A stretch of 64,000 bases of DNA from Verrucomicrobiota bacterium (GCA_026397725.1 JAPLUI010000182.1:747-64746), one strand, 5' to 3'. Counted from the first letter of the stretch, positions 51,125-61,882 are shown. Numbers and translations are program-made. Notes: generated by a model not told the origin, from the letters alone.

Positions 51125-53437
51125 CTAGTGTGTCACGGGCAGGTTCTCGCCCAGATAGCGGGTGAGCGTGTCGAAGAGGTGGCGGCGGGTATTATCGCCC
51201 TCCTTGATGGCGTGCCCACGGTTCGGATAGGAAAGCTGGGAGAACTGTTTGTTATGTTTGATGAGTTCGTTGACCATGACCTCACAGTTCTGATAGTGGC
51301 AGTTATCGTCGCCAGTGCCATAGACCAGCAGGAGCTTGCCTTTCAGTTGGTGGGCAAAGGTGATCGGAGAGCCGTCCGTGAAGCCGGCTTCGTTGTCGGC
51401 CGGCAGTCCCATGTAGCGCTCCTGATAGATCGTGTCGTAGAACCGCTGGTTGCTCACGAACGAGATGGCCATCGCCGTGCGGTAGAGGTCGGGGTAGCGA
51501 AAAATGGCATTCAGACTCATGGAACCGCCGCCGCTCCACCCCCAAATGCCGACCCTGGCCGGATCGATATAGGGCCGTTCCCGGAGAATCTCCTGCGTGG
51601 CCGCCGCTTGGTCAGCCGAGGCGAGAACGCCGATCTGGCGATACACGCTCTTGCGCCATGCGCGACCGAGCGGGGCCGGGGTGCCGCGATTGTCAATGCT
51701 CATCACGACATAGCCGCGCTGTGCCAGCAGCAAATGCCAGAGGTGGTTGTCGCCGCCCCAAGTGTCCACGACCGTCGATCCGGCGGGTTCGCCGTAAACA
51801 TGAATGAACAGCGGATAGCGCCGTGCGGGATCGAAATCGGGCGGCTTGATGCACCAGGCGTCGAGCCGCACGTCATTGCCGATGTTCACCTGGAAAAACT
51901 CACTGGCACACGGCTTCAACCCGGCCAGCTTCTCGCGCAGCTTCAGGTTGCCGGCCAGCACGCGGATGACCTGGTGATCCGGCAAGCGCACCAGTTCGAT
52001 GACGGGTGGTTGGCCAAAGCGGCTGAAGGTGTGAAAGGCCCAGTGGCCATCCTTAGAAAAATCGTAGGCATGGGTGCCCTGCTGATCTGGCGGCGAAACG
52101 CGCGCGACCTCGCCCGTGCCATCGAGCGGCACGCGGTAGAGGTAGCGTTGGGTGGGATGGTCCGGGGAGGCGATGAAGTAAGCGCAGCCCTGTTGTTCAT
52201 CCACCCCAACGACACTGATCACGTCAAACTCTCCCGGGGTGAGTAAGCGGATTGCCCCGTCCGCGTTCGAGACCGCGTAAAGATGCTGCCAGCCATCGCG
52301 TTCACTCAACCACAGGAAGCGCCTCCCATCTTCGATCCACCGCCACTCATTCATCACTTCCACCCAGGCGTCGTCGCTGTCTGTTAGGATGATCCGGGTC
52401 TCGCTGGTGTGAGGATCGCCGCTGATGACTTGATTGGTGTTTTGCAAGCGGTTGAGTTGCTGGAAAACGAGGTGTCTGGAGTCGCTCGACCATTCCATCC
52501 TGGGAAGGTAGTGGTTCCTCGGATCGGGGTTGGGGCGGAACCAGCGCGGTTCCCCGCCGCTGACCTCAACGACGCCCACGCGGCAGGCAGAGTTGGTTTC
52601 ACCGACCTTCGGATAGGCGTAGGAAGTGATTGTCGGATAGAGCGCGTCCGTGTTGTTGATGAGTTGGAATTCGCGCACGCCGGTGGTGTCGAACTGCCAG
52701 TAGGCGATGGACTTTCCGTCGGGACTCCAGCGCAGTCCGTTGCGCAAGCCGAATTCCTCTTCATTGACCCAGTCCGCCGTGCCATTGATGGTGGTGGCCG
52801 AACCGTCCGCGGTCAGTTGGGTGATCTGCAAGTCGGCAATGGATTGCACATACAGATTGTGCTGGCAGACATAAGCGACGCGGTTGCCGTCCGGTGAGAA
52901 GGTGGCAAACATGAGCGTCGCAGGCGCGGCCTCGCCACCAAGCTGCTTCAAGGTGCCTGTCCGACGGTCTAACAACCAGTAATCCCCGCGTGTCTCGTGG
53001 CGCCAGACGCGCTTGGTGTTGGTGAAGATGAGCACCCTTTCGAGGTCGTCAGTCCAAGCGTAGTTTTCAATCTTCAGTGGCGTTGACTGGCCGGGAGGAA
53101 TGAGACTCTCAGCCGACACGAGGAGGTGGCGCTGGCCGGACTCCGGATCATATTTCACGATGTCCTTGAGGTCTTTGGCGGCTGCGGTGTCCTGGAATTT
53201 TTCCGAGACCTCCAGCGTGGTATAACCCGAACTGTCTTTGAGCCAGTATGCCGGCCCCCAATCCTCGGTTTTCAACTCTTTGTCTTGGCCGAAAATGCGG
53301 TCCACCGTCAACCGTGACTTGTCTTGCGGGTCGTCACCTGATGAATGAGCGACCGGAGGCGCGTCACCAGTGCCCGGTGGGGCGACGGCAAGCTGAGAAC
53401 TACAAGGGACGGTGGCAATGGAGCGTTGGTGTGACAT
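51125..53437 (-). CDS. Dipeptidyl peptidase IV (S9B)
   Basis: DWVNEEE, YPKVG, DNRGT, GWSGGG, DDNCH, H.I. Confidence 0.95.
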   Translation of the reverse strand: MSHQRSIATVPCSSQLAVAPPGTGDAPPVAHSSGDDPQDKSRLTVDRIFGQDKELKTEDWGPAYWLKDSSGYTTLEVSEKFQDTAAAKDLKDIVKYDPESGQRHLLVSAESLIPPGQSTPLKIENYAWTDDLERVLIFTNTKRVWRHETRGDYWLLDRRTGTLKQLGGEAAPATLMFATFSPDGNRVAYVCQHNLYVQSIADLQITQLTADGSATTINGTADWVNEEEFGLRNGLRWSPDGKSIAYWQFDTTGVREFQLINNTDALYPTITSYAYPKVGETNSACRVGVVEVSGGEPRWFRPNPDPRNHYLPRMEWSSDSRHLVFQQLNRLQNTNQVISGDPHTSETRIILTDSDDAWVEVMNEWRWIEDGRRFLWLSERDGWQHLYAVSNADGAIRLLTPGEFDVISVVGVDEQQGCAYFIASPDHPTQRYLYRVPLDGTGEVARVSPPDQQGTHAYDFSKDGHWAFHTFSRFGQPPVIELVRLPDHQVIRVLAGNLKLREKLAGLKPCASEFFQVNIGNDVRLDAWCIKPPDFDPARRYPLFIHVYGEPAGSTVVDTWGGDNHLWHLLLAQRGYVVMSIDNRGTPAPLGRAWRKSVYRQIGVLASADQAAATQEILRERPYIDPARVGIWGWSGGGSMSLNAIFRYPDLYRTAMAISFVSNQRFYDTIYQERYMGLPADNEAGFTDGSPITFAHQLKGKLLLVYGTGDDNCHYQNCEVMVNELIKHNKQFSQLSYPNRGHAIKEGDNTRRHLFDTLTRYLGENLPVTH

Positions 53438-53611
53438 GAGTGGTGGATCGATGATGGTTAGTTGATGAGCATAGGCATGAGTTGCTGCATGGCTGAGTGA
53501 CCTGGGTCACAGGGCTGCTGGGTTCGGGTGGTGAGTGCCTCGGGCATCGCAGCGCCGACGTGACTTGGGGGCAATTCCATTCTTGTAATTATGTTAGATC
53601 GGCATGGCGGC

Positions 53612-56389
53612 TCATGGTCTGCGTTGCAGGGAAAACCGGTAACGGCCGCTGCCGACCTGCAGGCGATGCACGGCCGGCCCGGGTGGGAGGATTTCGATAC
53701 CGCGGGCCTCGGCGACCGGTCGGCCACCTTCGCTCAGTTCATCCTCCGCGCCCGAGGGCAGTTCGATGATGGCGGTGCTATCCGGGGGGATGACGATCTC
53801 AAAACGCAGGCCATGGTCGGTGGTGGACCAATTCGATTCGATCAGTCCGCGGATCGAGCGGTGCGAGGACTTCACCCAGTTGAGGCCAGGGACGGCTTGG
53901 GGACGGATCACGATGCGGTCGAAGCCGATGGCGTCAGCGGCCGGCTGGATGCCGCCGGGCCAGCGGAAGAACCAGGCCGAGATCGAACCGAACATCGGGT
54001 GGCTGTGGGAATAGGTGTTGTCGCCGCCGGCCCAGTGCTCCCAGAGGGTGGTGGCGTTGTTTTCGAGCATCCATCCCCAGGAGGGGAAGGTGCTGCGGTC
54101 GGCGAGCGCGAAGGCGAGGTCGCTGCGTCCACTCCGCGAGAGTTCCTCCAACAGAAAACGGGTGCCGAAAATCCCGGTGCTCAGGCGCGGGCCGTCGGCT
54201 GCGGCGAGCCCGTCCATCATGCGTTGGAAAACCAGCGGGCGGGCCGTGGGCGGTGCGGCGTCGAAGCCGAGGGCGAAGGCCTGGTTGGATTGCGACCCGT
54301 CACCGACCTTGCCGGTGGCGGGGTCGAGGAAGGCGCCTGCCCAAGCGGTGGCTGACTCGTCGGCCATCGCCTCAAAGCGGGTGGCGTCGTCCTGGCGGCC
54401 AACCAGCCGCGCGAGCCGTGCGACGCGGCGGGCGGAGTCGATGAACATCGGGGTGGTGAGGACCGGCCCGCCGCTCTTTGCCAGCGCCTCGTGGTCGCCG
54501 AGTCCGTTGGTCACCAGCCCTTGCTCGCGGCGGATCGCCTCGCCGTCCAGCCAGCGGATCGCGGCGGGCACCTGTTCTTCTAACAAACCACGGTTACCAT
54601 AGTGTTGGTGGAGTTGCTCGAGCAGCAGCGGATGGACCATCGACCAACCGACCCCGCAGTAGTCGATGCCGACGAAAGGCGCGGTGTCGGTGAAGCGTCC
54701 GTCGGGGCGGGCGGCGTCGCCCCAGTCACGCACGGTCTTGGCATAGAATCCGGCCATGTTGAAGTTCATGAGGAAAGCCTCGCTGGTGGCGACGATGTCG
54801 CCGCCATAGCCAAAGCGTTCGCGGTGCGGGCAGTCCGACTGGACGGTCACGACGTTGGCAAGAAAGGTGCGGCGGCACAGTTCCTGGATCCGGTTGAGCC
54901 GCTCGTTGGAGCACGCGAACGAGCCCGCGTCCGGCAGGTCGGTGTGGAGTGGAATGCCGCGGCAGGAGGTCGGCGCGAGGGCCGCCGGCAGGCCGGTGAT
55001 TTCCATGAAGCGGAAGCCGTGGTAGGTGAAGTCCGGGCGGTAGTGTTCGAGTCCGCCGCCGCGTGCGATGAAGACGTCCTGCTGCCATGCAATGGCCGGG
55101 GCGCCGGGCCCGCCGACGGAAATCCCGCTGCCGTCGGGGCCCTGCCGGGTTCCCTTGATCTGGCCGCAGACGCTGGTCAGCGGGTTGAGTGTTCCGTCCG
55201 GGTTGAGGAGTTCGCCGTAGCGGAGGGTGACCCGGGTGCCGGCCGGGAGGCTCAGATCGAGTTCCGGGACGCCGGTGAAGTTGCGGCCGAAATCGACGAT
55301 ATGCACGTCCGGGGCGGGCGTGGTGACCGCCACTGCGGCGATCGGTGCTTCGGCGCGGACCGGCAGCATCGCCAACGGCTGAAGCGGTTCGAGCGCATCA
55401 TCGGTCACCCGCACGGGCCGCCATTGCGAAGCGTCGAAGCCGGCCCGGTCCCAGCCTGGCAGCGCTCGCCGGGCGTCGCGCTCCTCGCCGAGGTAGATGC
55501 TGTTGCGCTGCGTCGGTCCGGCGGCGGTGGTCCAACCGGGGCCGGTGGTGAGGGTCGTGCGGGTGCCATCCGGATGCTCAACGACGAGGCAGGCGATCAC
55601 CCGCGGTCGGCCGGTGGCGAGGCTGTCGCGGAGGTTGCGCTGCCCCCACATCCGCAGCGGCAGCGGATTGAACCAGCCGTTGCCGAGGGTCAGGCCGAGG
55701 CAGTTCGTGCCCGTGGTCAATTGCCCGGTCACGTCGTGGCTGCGGAACAGCATGCGTTTGTCGAAGGCGGTCCACGGCGGGTCGAGGACCTGATCGGCCA
55801 AGCGTTCGCCGTTGAGGCTGGCAAGACCCAGCCCGAGGCCGACCACATGCAGGCGGGCATGCACGACCGGCTTGGTGAGCGTGAACTCGCGCCGCATCAA
55901 GGGTGCCGGGTCGGGTTGATAGAAATCCTCGTCGCGGGACGGGGTGGCCCGGCCGTCGTCGATCCAGCGGGCACCCTGCCAGTCGGCGGGGGCGCTCGGG
56001 GCGATTTCCCAGATGGCCGGTTCACTCCACGCGGACGGCTGTCCACCGGGATTCCAGCAACGGACCTTCCAATGGCAGCGTTGGCCGGCGACGAGCACGC
56101 GACCCGCATAACTCACGAACGGTGAGCGTTGCGCAGCCACCTTGCCGGAATCCCAGAGGTCCCCCTTTCCCTCGGCAAGCGTCCCGGCACTGCTCGCGAC
56201 AAGGATCTGCCAAGCCGTCTGCGTCTGGCTGCGGTCCTCCGACTCCACCCGCCACGAGAGTTGCGGCAGTGCTCCAGTCACGGGCGCACCGGTTTGCCCG
56301 TCGCAACGCAGGTCAACCGGAACCAGGCCCGCGACCCCATGCGCGGACAGAACAACGAGGGTGCAGGAAATCAGTTGGTAAAGAGTCAT
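53612..56389 (-). CDS. Alpha-L-rhamnosidase (GH78)
   Basis: DLWDSGKV, DFGRN..G, FTYHGFR, DCPHRERFGY.GD, TTLWEHW, SHSHPMFG. Confidence 0.93.
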   Translation of the reverse strand: MTLYQLISCTLVVLSAHGVAGLVPVDLRCDGQTGAPVTGALPQLSWRVESEDRSQTQTAWQILVASSAGTLAEGKGDLWDSGKVAAQRSPFVSYAGRVLVAGQRCHWKVRCWNPGGQPSAWSEPAIWEIAPSAPADWQGARWIDDGRATPSRDEDFYQPDPAPLMRREFTLTKPVVHARLHVVGLGLGLASLNGERLADQVLDPPWTAFDKRMLFRSHDVTGQLTTGTNCLGLTLGNGWFNPLPLRMWGQRNLRDSLATGRPRVIACLVVEHPDGTRTTLTTGPGWTTAAGPTQRNSIYLGEERDARRALPGWDRAGFDASQWRPVRVTDDALEPLQPLAMLPVRAEAPIAAVAVTTPAPDVHIVDFGRNFTGVPELDLSLPAGTRVTLRYGELLNPDGTLNPLTSVCGQIKGTRQGPDGSGISVGGPGAPAIAWQQDVFIARGGGLEHYRPDFTYHGFRFMEITGLPAALAPTSCRGIPLHTDLPDAGSFACSNERLNRIQELCRRTFLANVVTVQSDCPHRERFGYGGDIVATSEAFLMNFNMAGFYAKTVRDWGDAARPDGRFTDTAPFVGIDYCGVGWSMVHPLLLEQLHQHYGNRGLLEEQVPAAIRWLDGEAIRREQGLVTNGLGDHEALAKSGGPVLTTPMFIDSARRVARLARLVGRQDDATRFEAMADESATAWAGAFLDPATGKVGDGSQSNQAFALGFDAAPPTARPLVFQRMMDGLAAADGPRLSTGIFGTRFLLEELSRSGRSDLAFALADRSTFPSWGWMLENNATTLWEHWAGGDNTYSHSHPMFGSISAWFFRWPGGIQPAADAIGFDRIVIRPQAVPGLNWVKSSHRSIRGLIESNWSTTDHGLRFEIVIPPDSTAIIELPSGAEDELSEGGRPVAEARGIEILPPGPAVHRLQVGSGRYRFSLQRRP

Positions 56390-56595
56390 AGGTCTATCAC
56401 TTTCATGAGCAGTGTGGCCGGCTCCGGCACGGTGACATCGCCGGGCCAGGTGGCAGAATGGTTTTGAGGATTTTGGTTTTCCGGTTTTCTGTGCTTCCGT
56501 CGCGGGGCGGTTTTGCGGGACATGTTCGCAGTGGGCCACCCGGCCGGACCATTGTCGGGTGGAACTTCGCGCCGGGTCCGCTCGCTTGTCGAGCA

Positions 56596-57327
56596 TTATT
56601 TCACCGCCAGCCACACCCTGATCTGGGTAGCTGCGGGCGTGCCCAAACCGCCATCGGTGTCCGGATCAATGAAGCAGGGCAAGGCAGTGACCGTGAGGCT
56701 GGTGACTTCAAGGGCGAGGTAGCTGCCCACGGCGGGCAGGTCGGTGTAGGCGGTGACACTCAACGCGGTGCCCGCCGGCAGGGCGATGTCAGCGGGCAGG
56801 GCGACGGGGTTGCGCTGCGCATCAAAGAGGGCATGGACGGCGCTGCCGCTGGAGTTCCGCAGGAGCGTTAGACCGGTGGGGCTGGCACTGCTGCGGACGT
56901 AGAGGGTCATGCCGGCGGTGGTGCGGGTGGGCACGCTGCCGAGGATCGCCGTGCGGGTGGCATTGGCCAGGTCGAATTCAGCCGCCGTGAGCCCGCTGCC
57001 AGTCTGGTAAGCGACGGGGAGTGCGCCGGTAGTGAGATGCGGTCCCATGTCGGGCATCACCGGGCCCGCACACGCAAAGTTCAGGAAGACAGTCGATCCT
57101 GTATCGCCAACAGGGACACTGGACACGGGATTGTCGTAGTCATCATGGGCTGTGATGGATAAATTGGCGTGCTCCTCCGTCATCTCCACGATCTCCCCAA
57201 TGCTGTATATCGGGGACAGGTCAAAAGCAAATTCCTCCGAAGGATGGTCATTCTTAACCTTGCATCCATCGGGGTCTTCCTCCATAGCCTCTCTCGCGAG
57301 ACGCTTCATATATCGGGACATGTGCAT
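56596..57327 (-). CDS. Hypothetical protein, possibly chimeric
   Basis: Open frame with an acidic, AT-richer 5' half and a GC-rich, beta-like 3' half; no family recognised. Confidence 0.4.
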   Translation of the reverse strand: MHMSRYMKRLAREAMEEDPDGCKVKNDHPSEEFAFDLSPIYSIGEIVEMTEEHANLSITAHDDYDNPVSSVPVGDTGSTVFLNFACAGPVMPDMGPHLTTGALPVAYQTGSGLTAAEFDLANATRTAILGSVPTRTTAGMTLYVRSSASPTGLTLLRNSSGSAVHALFDAQRNPVALPADIALPAGTALSVTAYTDLPAVGSYLALEVTSLTVTALPCFIDPDTDGGLGTPAATQIRVWLAVK

Positions 57328-57446
57328 GGCTTGTCTTCTATGTCGAACCGTGTAATTCGTTCCGCAACGCGCTGGTGTTCTGCTACCGGGATGTGTGTGG
57401 GATGGAGGAGGTGTGATCGGCGCATGATTCAGGGTGCCATGCTTGC

Positions 57447-58850
57447 TCAGGGCTTGGGACGATCCGGCCAGGCCGCCGGGTCGAGCCAAAGCTCTTGGGT
57501 GATGGTGCCTCTTGCGCCCTTCGGGTAGGGGGAGAGTGCCGTGCCCGGAATCACCTTGCCGGTACTCACTTCAGAAGCTGCCCAACCGACTGCCAGGTGG
57601 CCGGTGCCTGAATTTTGTTTGTGCAGCACCTCAATGAAATATTTCTTGCCGGCCTCGAGTCTGAGTGGTTTCGACTTCTGGCTCGGAAACTGGTTGAAGT
57701 TTCCCGGACCCGTCGGCTGGTGGGTGAAGGCGATCAGGGCCTTGTGCTGCGGACTTTCATCCGTGCTCAGGTAAAGCTCCGCGATGGCGTCGCCCGCGAT
57801 GGCGAAGTCGTAGTCGGTGGTCTTGGGCGCGTGAACGAAGCCGCGCACGCGTGCACCGTACGGATCGCCGACGGTTTTTTGCGCTTCAAACTGCTGGAGT
57901 ACGATGCTCTGGGCCGGCTTCGTGTTGACTGGAATGTCGGCCAAGGTTTTCTTGATTGCCTGCATTTTCCGCGCCGCCAGGGACTTCCATTGGCCCGGAC
58001 TGATATGCTCAGCCGTGGTGTGTTGCAGCACAAAATCCACGATGGGAGTCGGGTCCTGGAGGCTGTGGGGGCGATGCCCGGCTCCAGGCTTCCTGATGAG
58101 CGTGACGTCGCCGCCGAGGGCCTTGTAGCGCGTCTCGAGCAGGAGGGCGTTACTCTCGATCGCGACCACCCAGTCTTGCATGTCACCGCAGACAACGAGG
58201 ATCGGAATCTTCGCATCGGCCATGGGCTTGAGATTGTCGATGGGGTTGCCCTGGTAGGCTCGCGCCTCGGCGTCGGTCATCCCGTATGCATTGAGACAAT
58301 CCCGCCAATCCTTACCGGACAGCCTGGTTCGCCCGCCCCCGCCCGGCCAGCTCTTGAAATCGCACACCGGCGCGTCCAGATACATGCACGCCACCAAATC
58401 CGGATGACGGATTGCCCAGTTGAGGGCATACAGACCGCCGCGGCTGAAGCCTTCCGGTACGGTCTTGGCACTGAGCTTGTAGTGTTCGCAGACGAAATCG
58501 TAGTAGAGGTCCATCGCATCGAGCGCCACCGGGGCCCCAAACAGGCCGCCAACCCCAAGGTAGCCCACATGCACCCCTTTCCCGAGCAGGGCAAGGTCGG
58601 CTTGTGGGTCGATCCCGAAAAACTCGGTGCGCCAGATCCATGGATTGCCCTTGGCCGGTTTTTTGGGAATCACCAGCAGCGCGCCACGACCGCCCACGTT
58701 GAAATTATGCTGTTCGTAGCCGTTCCATTCGCCCTTTTGGACCCCGGCAGGGGCGGCGCATGCTGTCCGAGTGACAATCATCGCGCAAAGCGCGCTCAAC
58801 AGCAGTGCCGTCGGGACGGCTCGAAAATTGGTTTTGTGGTTGGTTTGCAT
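57447..58850 (-). CDS. Secreted alpha/beta-hydrolase with C-terminal PA14 domain
   Basis: PWIWRTEFFG, GFSRGG, YLDAPVCD; YGARVRGF..P....Y.F...GD..AELYLS, YFIEVLHKQ..G..HL.VGW. Confidence 0.85.
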   Translation of the reverse strand: MQTNHKTNFRAVPTALLLSALCAMIVTRTACAAPAGVQKGEWNGYEQHNFNVGGRGALLVIPKKPAKGNPWIWRTEFFGIDPQADLALLGKGVHVGYLGVGGLFGAPVALDAMDLYYDFVCEHYKLSAKTVPEGFSRGGLYALNWAIRHPDLVACMYLDAPVCDFKSWPGGGGRTRLSGKDWRDCLNAYGMTDAEARAYQGNPIDNLKPMADAKIPILVVCGDMQDWVVAIESNALLLETRYKALGGDVTLIRKPGAGHRPHSLQDPTPIVDFVLQHTTAEHISPGQWKSLAARKMQAIKKTLADIPVNTKPAQSIVLQQFEAQKTVGDPYGARVRGFVHAPKTTDYDFAIAGDAIAELYLSTDESPQHKALIAFTHQPTGPGNFNQFPSQKSKPLRLEAGKKYFIEVLHKQNSGTGHLAVGWAASEVSTGKVIPGTALSPYPKGARGTITQELWLDPAAWPDRPKP

Positions 58851-58900
58851 GGGACAGTTACGCAAGCGCGAAAGTAGCCTTCCTGTCCCCGTTGCCAAGG

Positions 58901-59220
58901 GGAATGCGCAACTTCTACCAATACTTCCACCGCGTCTGGCCCTACTGGTTCTATTTCTGCGACCTCCAGGCCGAGACCCTGACCATGCCGACCCTGTGCC
59001 TGCTGCCTAACATAAGCGGCTTCAAGCGGCTCGGCGAACCCATGGCCCAGGTCGAATACGACCCGCTCGACCTGCTCCGCATCATCGAGCGCAACTTCGT
59101 CCCGCCCAACACCATGCTGGAGCGCGCCGGGAGGTCGGAGATGGACATCTACAAGCGTACCCGCGCGATTTTCCACCACTTCCACCTGCCCCATGACTCG
59201 GAGCCGCCAGGGGTGTGAGG
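58901..59220 (+). pseudogene. 3'-only duplicate of the CRR6-like gene (direct repeat of 61553-61873)
   Basis: Near-identical DNA starting TTCTACCAATACTTCCACCGCGTCTGGCCC; offset 2653 bp. Confidence 0.92.
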
Positions 59221-59373
59221 AGCCACCGCCATCGGCACCGCTGGCATCACCCAACACGGAACTGAGCGATACGTTTGAGACGATCACCTGATAGAAGGTC
59301 GAGATGGGACTCGAAATGAAAGTAGGTTCGGAGCGAGAGCAAGCGGTCTGCAAAGAAACGTTCCTGGGCAGGA

Positions 59374-59925
59374 TCAGGCATCGGGCAGGATGGTTTCCGG
59401 CGCTTCGCCGGTTTCGAGGAAGCGGATGAGAGCGGCGAGGGTTGGGATTTCCCCAGCTCGCGCGGTGAGAAGATCTCTCGGAAACAGCGGCTGGTAGTTA
59501 GCGGCACTCATCATTTTGAGTTCTGACAAGTGTTCGCGTTGAAAGATGCGTTTACAATCCCGGGACGACGATGGAACCGCTTTTCCAAGGATCCGCAGTA
59601 GCAGCCCCTCCAGGCAGGGTTGTGATGGCAGCATGCGGACGTTCTCCTGTTCGGCGAGGGCGAGGACAGTTTCGCGGTCCCAGGGGCGATCCGTGTCGAT
59701 CAGGACTGTGCGGCTGGCAAACTCGGCCCGGCGTCGGTAATTGATACACTTGCGAAGGATGTGGGTGGGATCTCCTCCGTCGTCACCGTCAGCCTTGATC
59801 TGGAAACCGACCCCGCGGCTGATAAACACACTCTTGAGGTGAGAAAGGAATGCTGCATCGCTGAGTCCCTCACCATAAAGCAAGTGGATGCTGCGGTCAT
59901 CAATGCTTGAAACAGGGCGGCCCAT
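59374..59925 (-). CDS. RloB-like (TOPRIM-fold) protein
   Basis: LLYGEG..D..FL.HLK, GG.P, IDTD, S.PCLE.LLL; lies 6 bp downstream of the ATPase gene. Confidence 0.7.
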   Translation of the reverse strand: MGRPVSSIDDRSIHLLYGEGLSDAAFLSHLKSVFISRGVGFQIKADGDDGGDPTHILRKCINYRRRAEFASRTVLIDTDRPWDRETVLALAEQENVRMLPSQPCLEGLLLRILGKAVPSSSRDCKRIFQREHLSELKMMSAANYQPLFPRDLLTARAGEIPTLAALIRFLETGEAPETILPDA

Positions 59926-59931
59926 GGGGAA

Positions 59932-61152
59932 TCAAGAGGGTTCGGGCACAGCCCCGTAGGTGCCGGCGTTGTATTTTGCAAAGATGTTGTCGTTGCGGCG
60001 GACTCCCTTGATCGTATCAAGGCGGGTGGCGATACTTATGTTGTCCGCAGGGTCTTTGCCGACGAGATAGGTCTGGGTTTTGTCCAACTCATTGAGCATT
60101 TCGACGGAGTGGCAGGTGAAGAAGAGTTGGGCATTCTTGGGATTGAAGGCTGGTGTGGTGAAGAGCCGGAGGATCCATGGGATCATGTGCGGGTGGAGGT
60201 CGCTCTCCAATTCGTCGATCACGGCGGGGTGGCCTTCCCGCAGGGCCGGAAGAATCCAACTGAGGAGGATGAAAAGTCGCTTGGTGCCGGTGGATTCCAT
60301 CAACAGCGGAAGGGCGAAATCCGGCAAATCACCAGCAGCATGGGCAACTTGAACGCTGAGCTGTTTGCTTACCGTGCCCTTGTCCTCATCGAGCATGGGA
60401 CGCTCGATGATCGCCAACTGCTTGATCCCGAGGTCGCCCCTTTGGATGAGGTCACTCATTTGCCCGAACAGATCGAGATCACGATGGAACAAGGTCGCGG
60501 CCGAGCCGATCAGACGGGCTTCCGTGTGATTCGAAGCACGCCCGAAGCGGGAAACATTGCTGGTGACGGCGAGCGGAGCCACCCATCTTCTGAGGGTTTC
60601 ATTGCCGGTTTGGAGCGCGGTGGAGACGATGGAAGCATTGTCGCGGAGGGTGTTCTGCAAGACGTCCTTGGGGATGTCCAATGCTTCGCCAATCGTGATC
60701 ACCGGTCTTGCGCCAGTGCCGGACATTTGTCGCTGAAGGATAGCACCAAAGCGACCGGTTTCAGCGCGGCGGGAGAGGGTTTCCGACAATACCGACGCTT
60801 TAGAGAACTCCACCTTGTAGCGAAACAGCGTCCCGTCTGCCTCGTATTCCAATTCGATGCGGGTGGGTTCTGCCGGACCAAGTGGCAGGAAGCCATCCAC
60901 CGGAATAGCTGTCTCCGGGGCAGCATCGTAACTATGGAGGATGAAATACGCCAGAAACGGCAGCCCCTTGAGCAGATTGGTTTTCCCCGAAGCATTTGGG
61001 CCGAAGATGCCTAGGACGACAGAGAGCCGCTCATCGGGAACAATCGAGTCCCTGAAGGTTGTGTTCTCGGGGGCATTCTTTCCGACGACAAAGGAGACCG
61101 CAGTCGGGTGCCGGAAGGAGCAGAAATTTTCGATGGTGAAGCTCCGAATCAT
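59932..61152 (-). CDS. AAA_21/RloA-like ABC-fold ATPase (Abi-type defence)
   Basis: IENFCSF, GPNASGKTN, ESTGTKRL, IDELESDLHP, AQLFFTCH, Y..G.YGAVP. Confidence 0.88.
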   Translation of the reverse strand: MIRSFTIENFCSFRHPTAVSFVVGKNAPENTTFRDSIVPDERLSVVLGIFGPNASGKTNLLKGLPFLAYFILHSYDAAPETAIPVDGFLPLGPAEPTRIELEYEADGTLFRYKVEFSKASVLSETLSRRAETGRFGAILQRQMSGTGARPVITIGEALDIPKDVLQNTLRDNASIVSTALQTGNETLRRWVAPLAVTSNVSRFGRASNHTEARLIGSAATLFHRDLDLFGQMSDLIQRGDLGIKQLAIIERPMLDEDKGTVSKQLSVQVAHAAGDLPDFALPLLMESTGTKRLFILLSWILPALREGHPAVIDELESDLHPHMIPWILRLFTTPAFNPKNAQLFFTCHSVEMLNELDKTQTYLVGKDPADNISIATRLDTIKGVRRNDNIFAKYNAGTYGAVPEPS

Positions 61153-61334
61153 GGTGCGCTGAGGGACTAATAGAGATTTCCGGATCAAAATCAACAAATT
61201 TTCCTCAAAATCGTATCGAAATCATATTTCAAGGGCGCTCAGTTCCGCCGGTGACATCCCCCATGGCCACCAAGGACCGCGCGGGTGGCAAGTCAGCTCA
61301 ATTTTCAGAATTCAAGGCTCGCAAACCTGCATCC

Positions 61335-61871
61335 ATGCGGAATGATCCGGGCATGGGAATAATGAACGACAACGACGTGATCGTGGTGATCTTCAGCAAG
61401 GAGCAGGTCCGGCACCTCAAGCTGGCCCACTTCCTCAAGCAATTCGGTCGGGACGCCCTGCCGGAGGGTCCGGCCCTGGCGGAACTGATGGGAAAATTCC
61501 AGTTCCTCGTCCACGGCTACGACGACGACCCGCACGAACTCTACGCCATCCCGGAAGTGCGGAAGTTCTACCAATACTTCCACCGCGTCTGGCCCTACTG
61601 GTTCTATTTCTGCGACCTCCAGGCCGAGACCCTGACCATGATGACCCTGTGCCTGCTGCCGAACCTCAGCGGCTTCAAGCGGCTCGGCGAGCCCATGGCC
61701 CAGGTCGAATACGACCCGCTCGACCTGCTCCGCTTCATCGAGCGCAACTTCATTCCGCTCAACACCATGATGGAGCGTGCCGGGATGTCGGAGATGGACA
61801 TCTACCACCGCACCCGGGATGTGTTCCACCATTTCAAGTTGCCGTATGACGCGGAGCCGCCAGGGGCGTGA
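61335..61871 (+). CDS. CRR6/DUF1817-like domain protein (start uncertain, 61251-61362)
   Basis: GYDDDPHELYAIPEVRKF......WPYWFYF resembles the CRR6 motif D.RELxEIPEVR. Confidence 0.65.
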   Translation: MRNDPGMGIMNDNDVIVVIFSKEQVRHLKLAHFLKQFGRDALPEGPALAELMGKFQFLVHGYDDDPHELYAIPEVRKFYQYFHRVWPYWFYFCDLQAETLTMMTLCLLPNLSGFKRLGEPMAQVEYDPLDLLRFIERNFIPLNTMMERAGMSEMDIYHRTRDVFHHFKLPYDAEPPGA

Positions 61872-61882
61872 GGTCGAGACTC

